Part shown: positions 16,160 through 16,498 of the stretch, piece by piece
Numbering within the stretch: the stretch's first letter is position 1
Layout of the letters: each line of letters opens with the position of its first letter
Virus record (IMG/VR): IMGVR_UViG_2728369591_000008
Coordinates: 1-16,498 of that record
Reading direction: 5' to 3' (one strand)
Source of the DNA: a virus
Lineage: Duplodnaviria > Heunggongvirae > Uroviricota > Caudoviricetes
Length of the DNA stretch: 16,498 nt
The notes under the pieces: model-generated
The model's database searches: none
The model's input: only the letters and a program-made list of their open reading frames with translations
Told to the model about the DNA's origin: nothing
Program-made: the position numbers and the translations under genes

Positions 16160-16498
16160 TTACTTCTTAATATCGCCAGTGCATTGATATTCGATAGTCA
16201 CAAGTGTTTGCATACAACCAGATGAAGAAGGTTGTGAACATTGAGAAGTGAATCCACCAAAAGGCTCGGCTCCTGAATATCCCCAAGCGGCACAACGCGC
16301 TTTGGCTGCATTCATGCCTTGTTGTGGATCTACAACAGGACTTTCAAACATACCGTAAGAATAACTCATCCTAACTGTGCCGTCTGATTTGCTTCCACCA
16401 GTTGGAACGAGTTGTTTTTTTGTTGCACATCCAGAAATAATCAATGTTGGGTAATGACTCCAACTTATTGATAGTGTTTTATGTTCAGATAATGCCCG
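16160..16498 (-). CDS. Putative lipoprotein, 5'-truncated by the window end
   Basis: Reading frame is open to the window edge upstream of the track's TTG; lipobox-like IISGCATKK; Gly/Ser-rich mature region with four Cys. Confidence 0.5.
   Translation of the reverse strand, partial: RALSEHKTLSISWSHYPTLIISGCATKKQLVPTGGSKSDGTVRMSYSYGMFESPVVDPQQGMNAAKARCAAWGYSGAEPFGGFTSQCSQPSSSGCMQTLVTIEYQCTGDIKK

Noticed and set aside
1-16498. Insertion sequence or transposon
   Set aside because: No transposase-like ORF and no terminal inverted repeats flanking any segment; mobility signals are those of a site-specific integrase.

Overview
The window covers an enterobacterial (E. coli-like) chromosomal junction, ygeR-like LysM/M23 lipoprotein gene followed by tRNA-Gly(CCC), with a roughly 14.5 kb integrative element inserted at the 3' end of the tRNA. 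The element is bounded by the tRNA 3' end (attL core, 891..908) and a degenerate copy of that core at 15406..15422 (attR), with similar GTGTATAG-type arm repeats near both ends. Its content, read left to right, is: P4-type tyrosine integrase, a coiled-coil hypothetical, an AlpA-family regulator preceded by four CCTGAGGGT repeats, an antirepressor-like protein, a divergent RHH repressor with an operator array, a translationally coupled operon of small genes ending in a P4-family primase/helicase, an iteron-type origin, a ProQ/FinO-domain protein, a PerC/Pch-like regulator, an AT-richer lipoprotein plus small membrane protein, a small coupled gene cluster, and a TerS-like HTH protein followed by an AAAGTGTCAA repeat array. 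No capsid, tail or lysis genes are present, so this looks like a phage-satellite (PICI-like) island rather than a prophage. The strongest candidate for an undescribed system is the AT-rich, translationally coupled two-gene cassette at 13675..15167 (297-aa soluble protein plus 199-aa four-helix membrane protein) just inside attR, which has the architecture of a sensor plus membrane-effector abortive-infection module. All calls rest on reading the sequence and the ORF translations; no database search was run.
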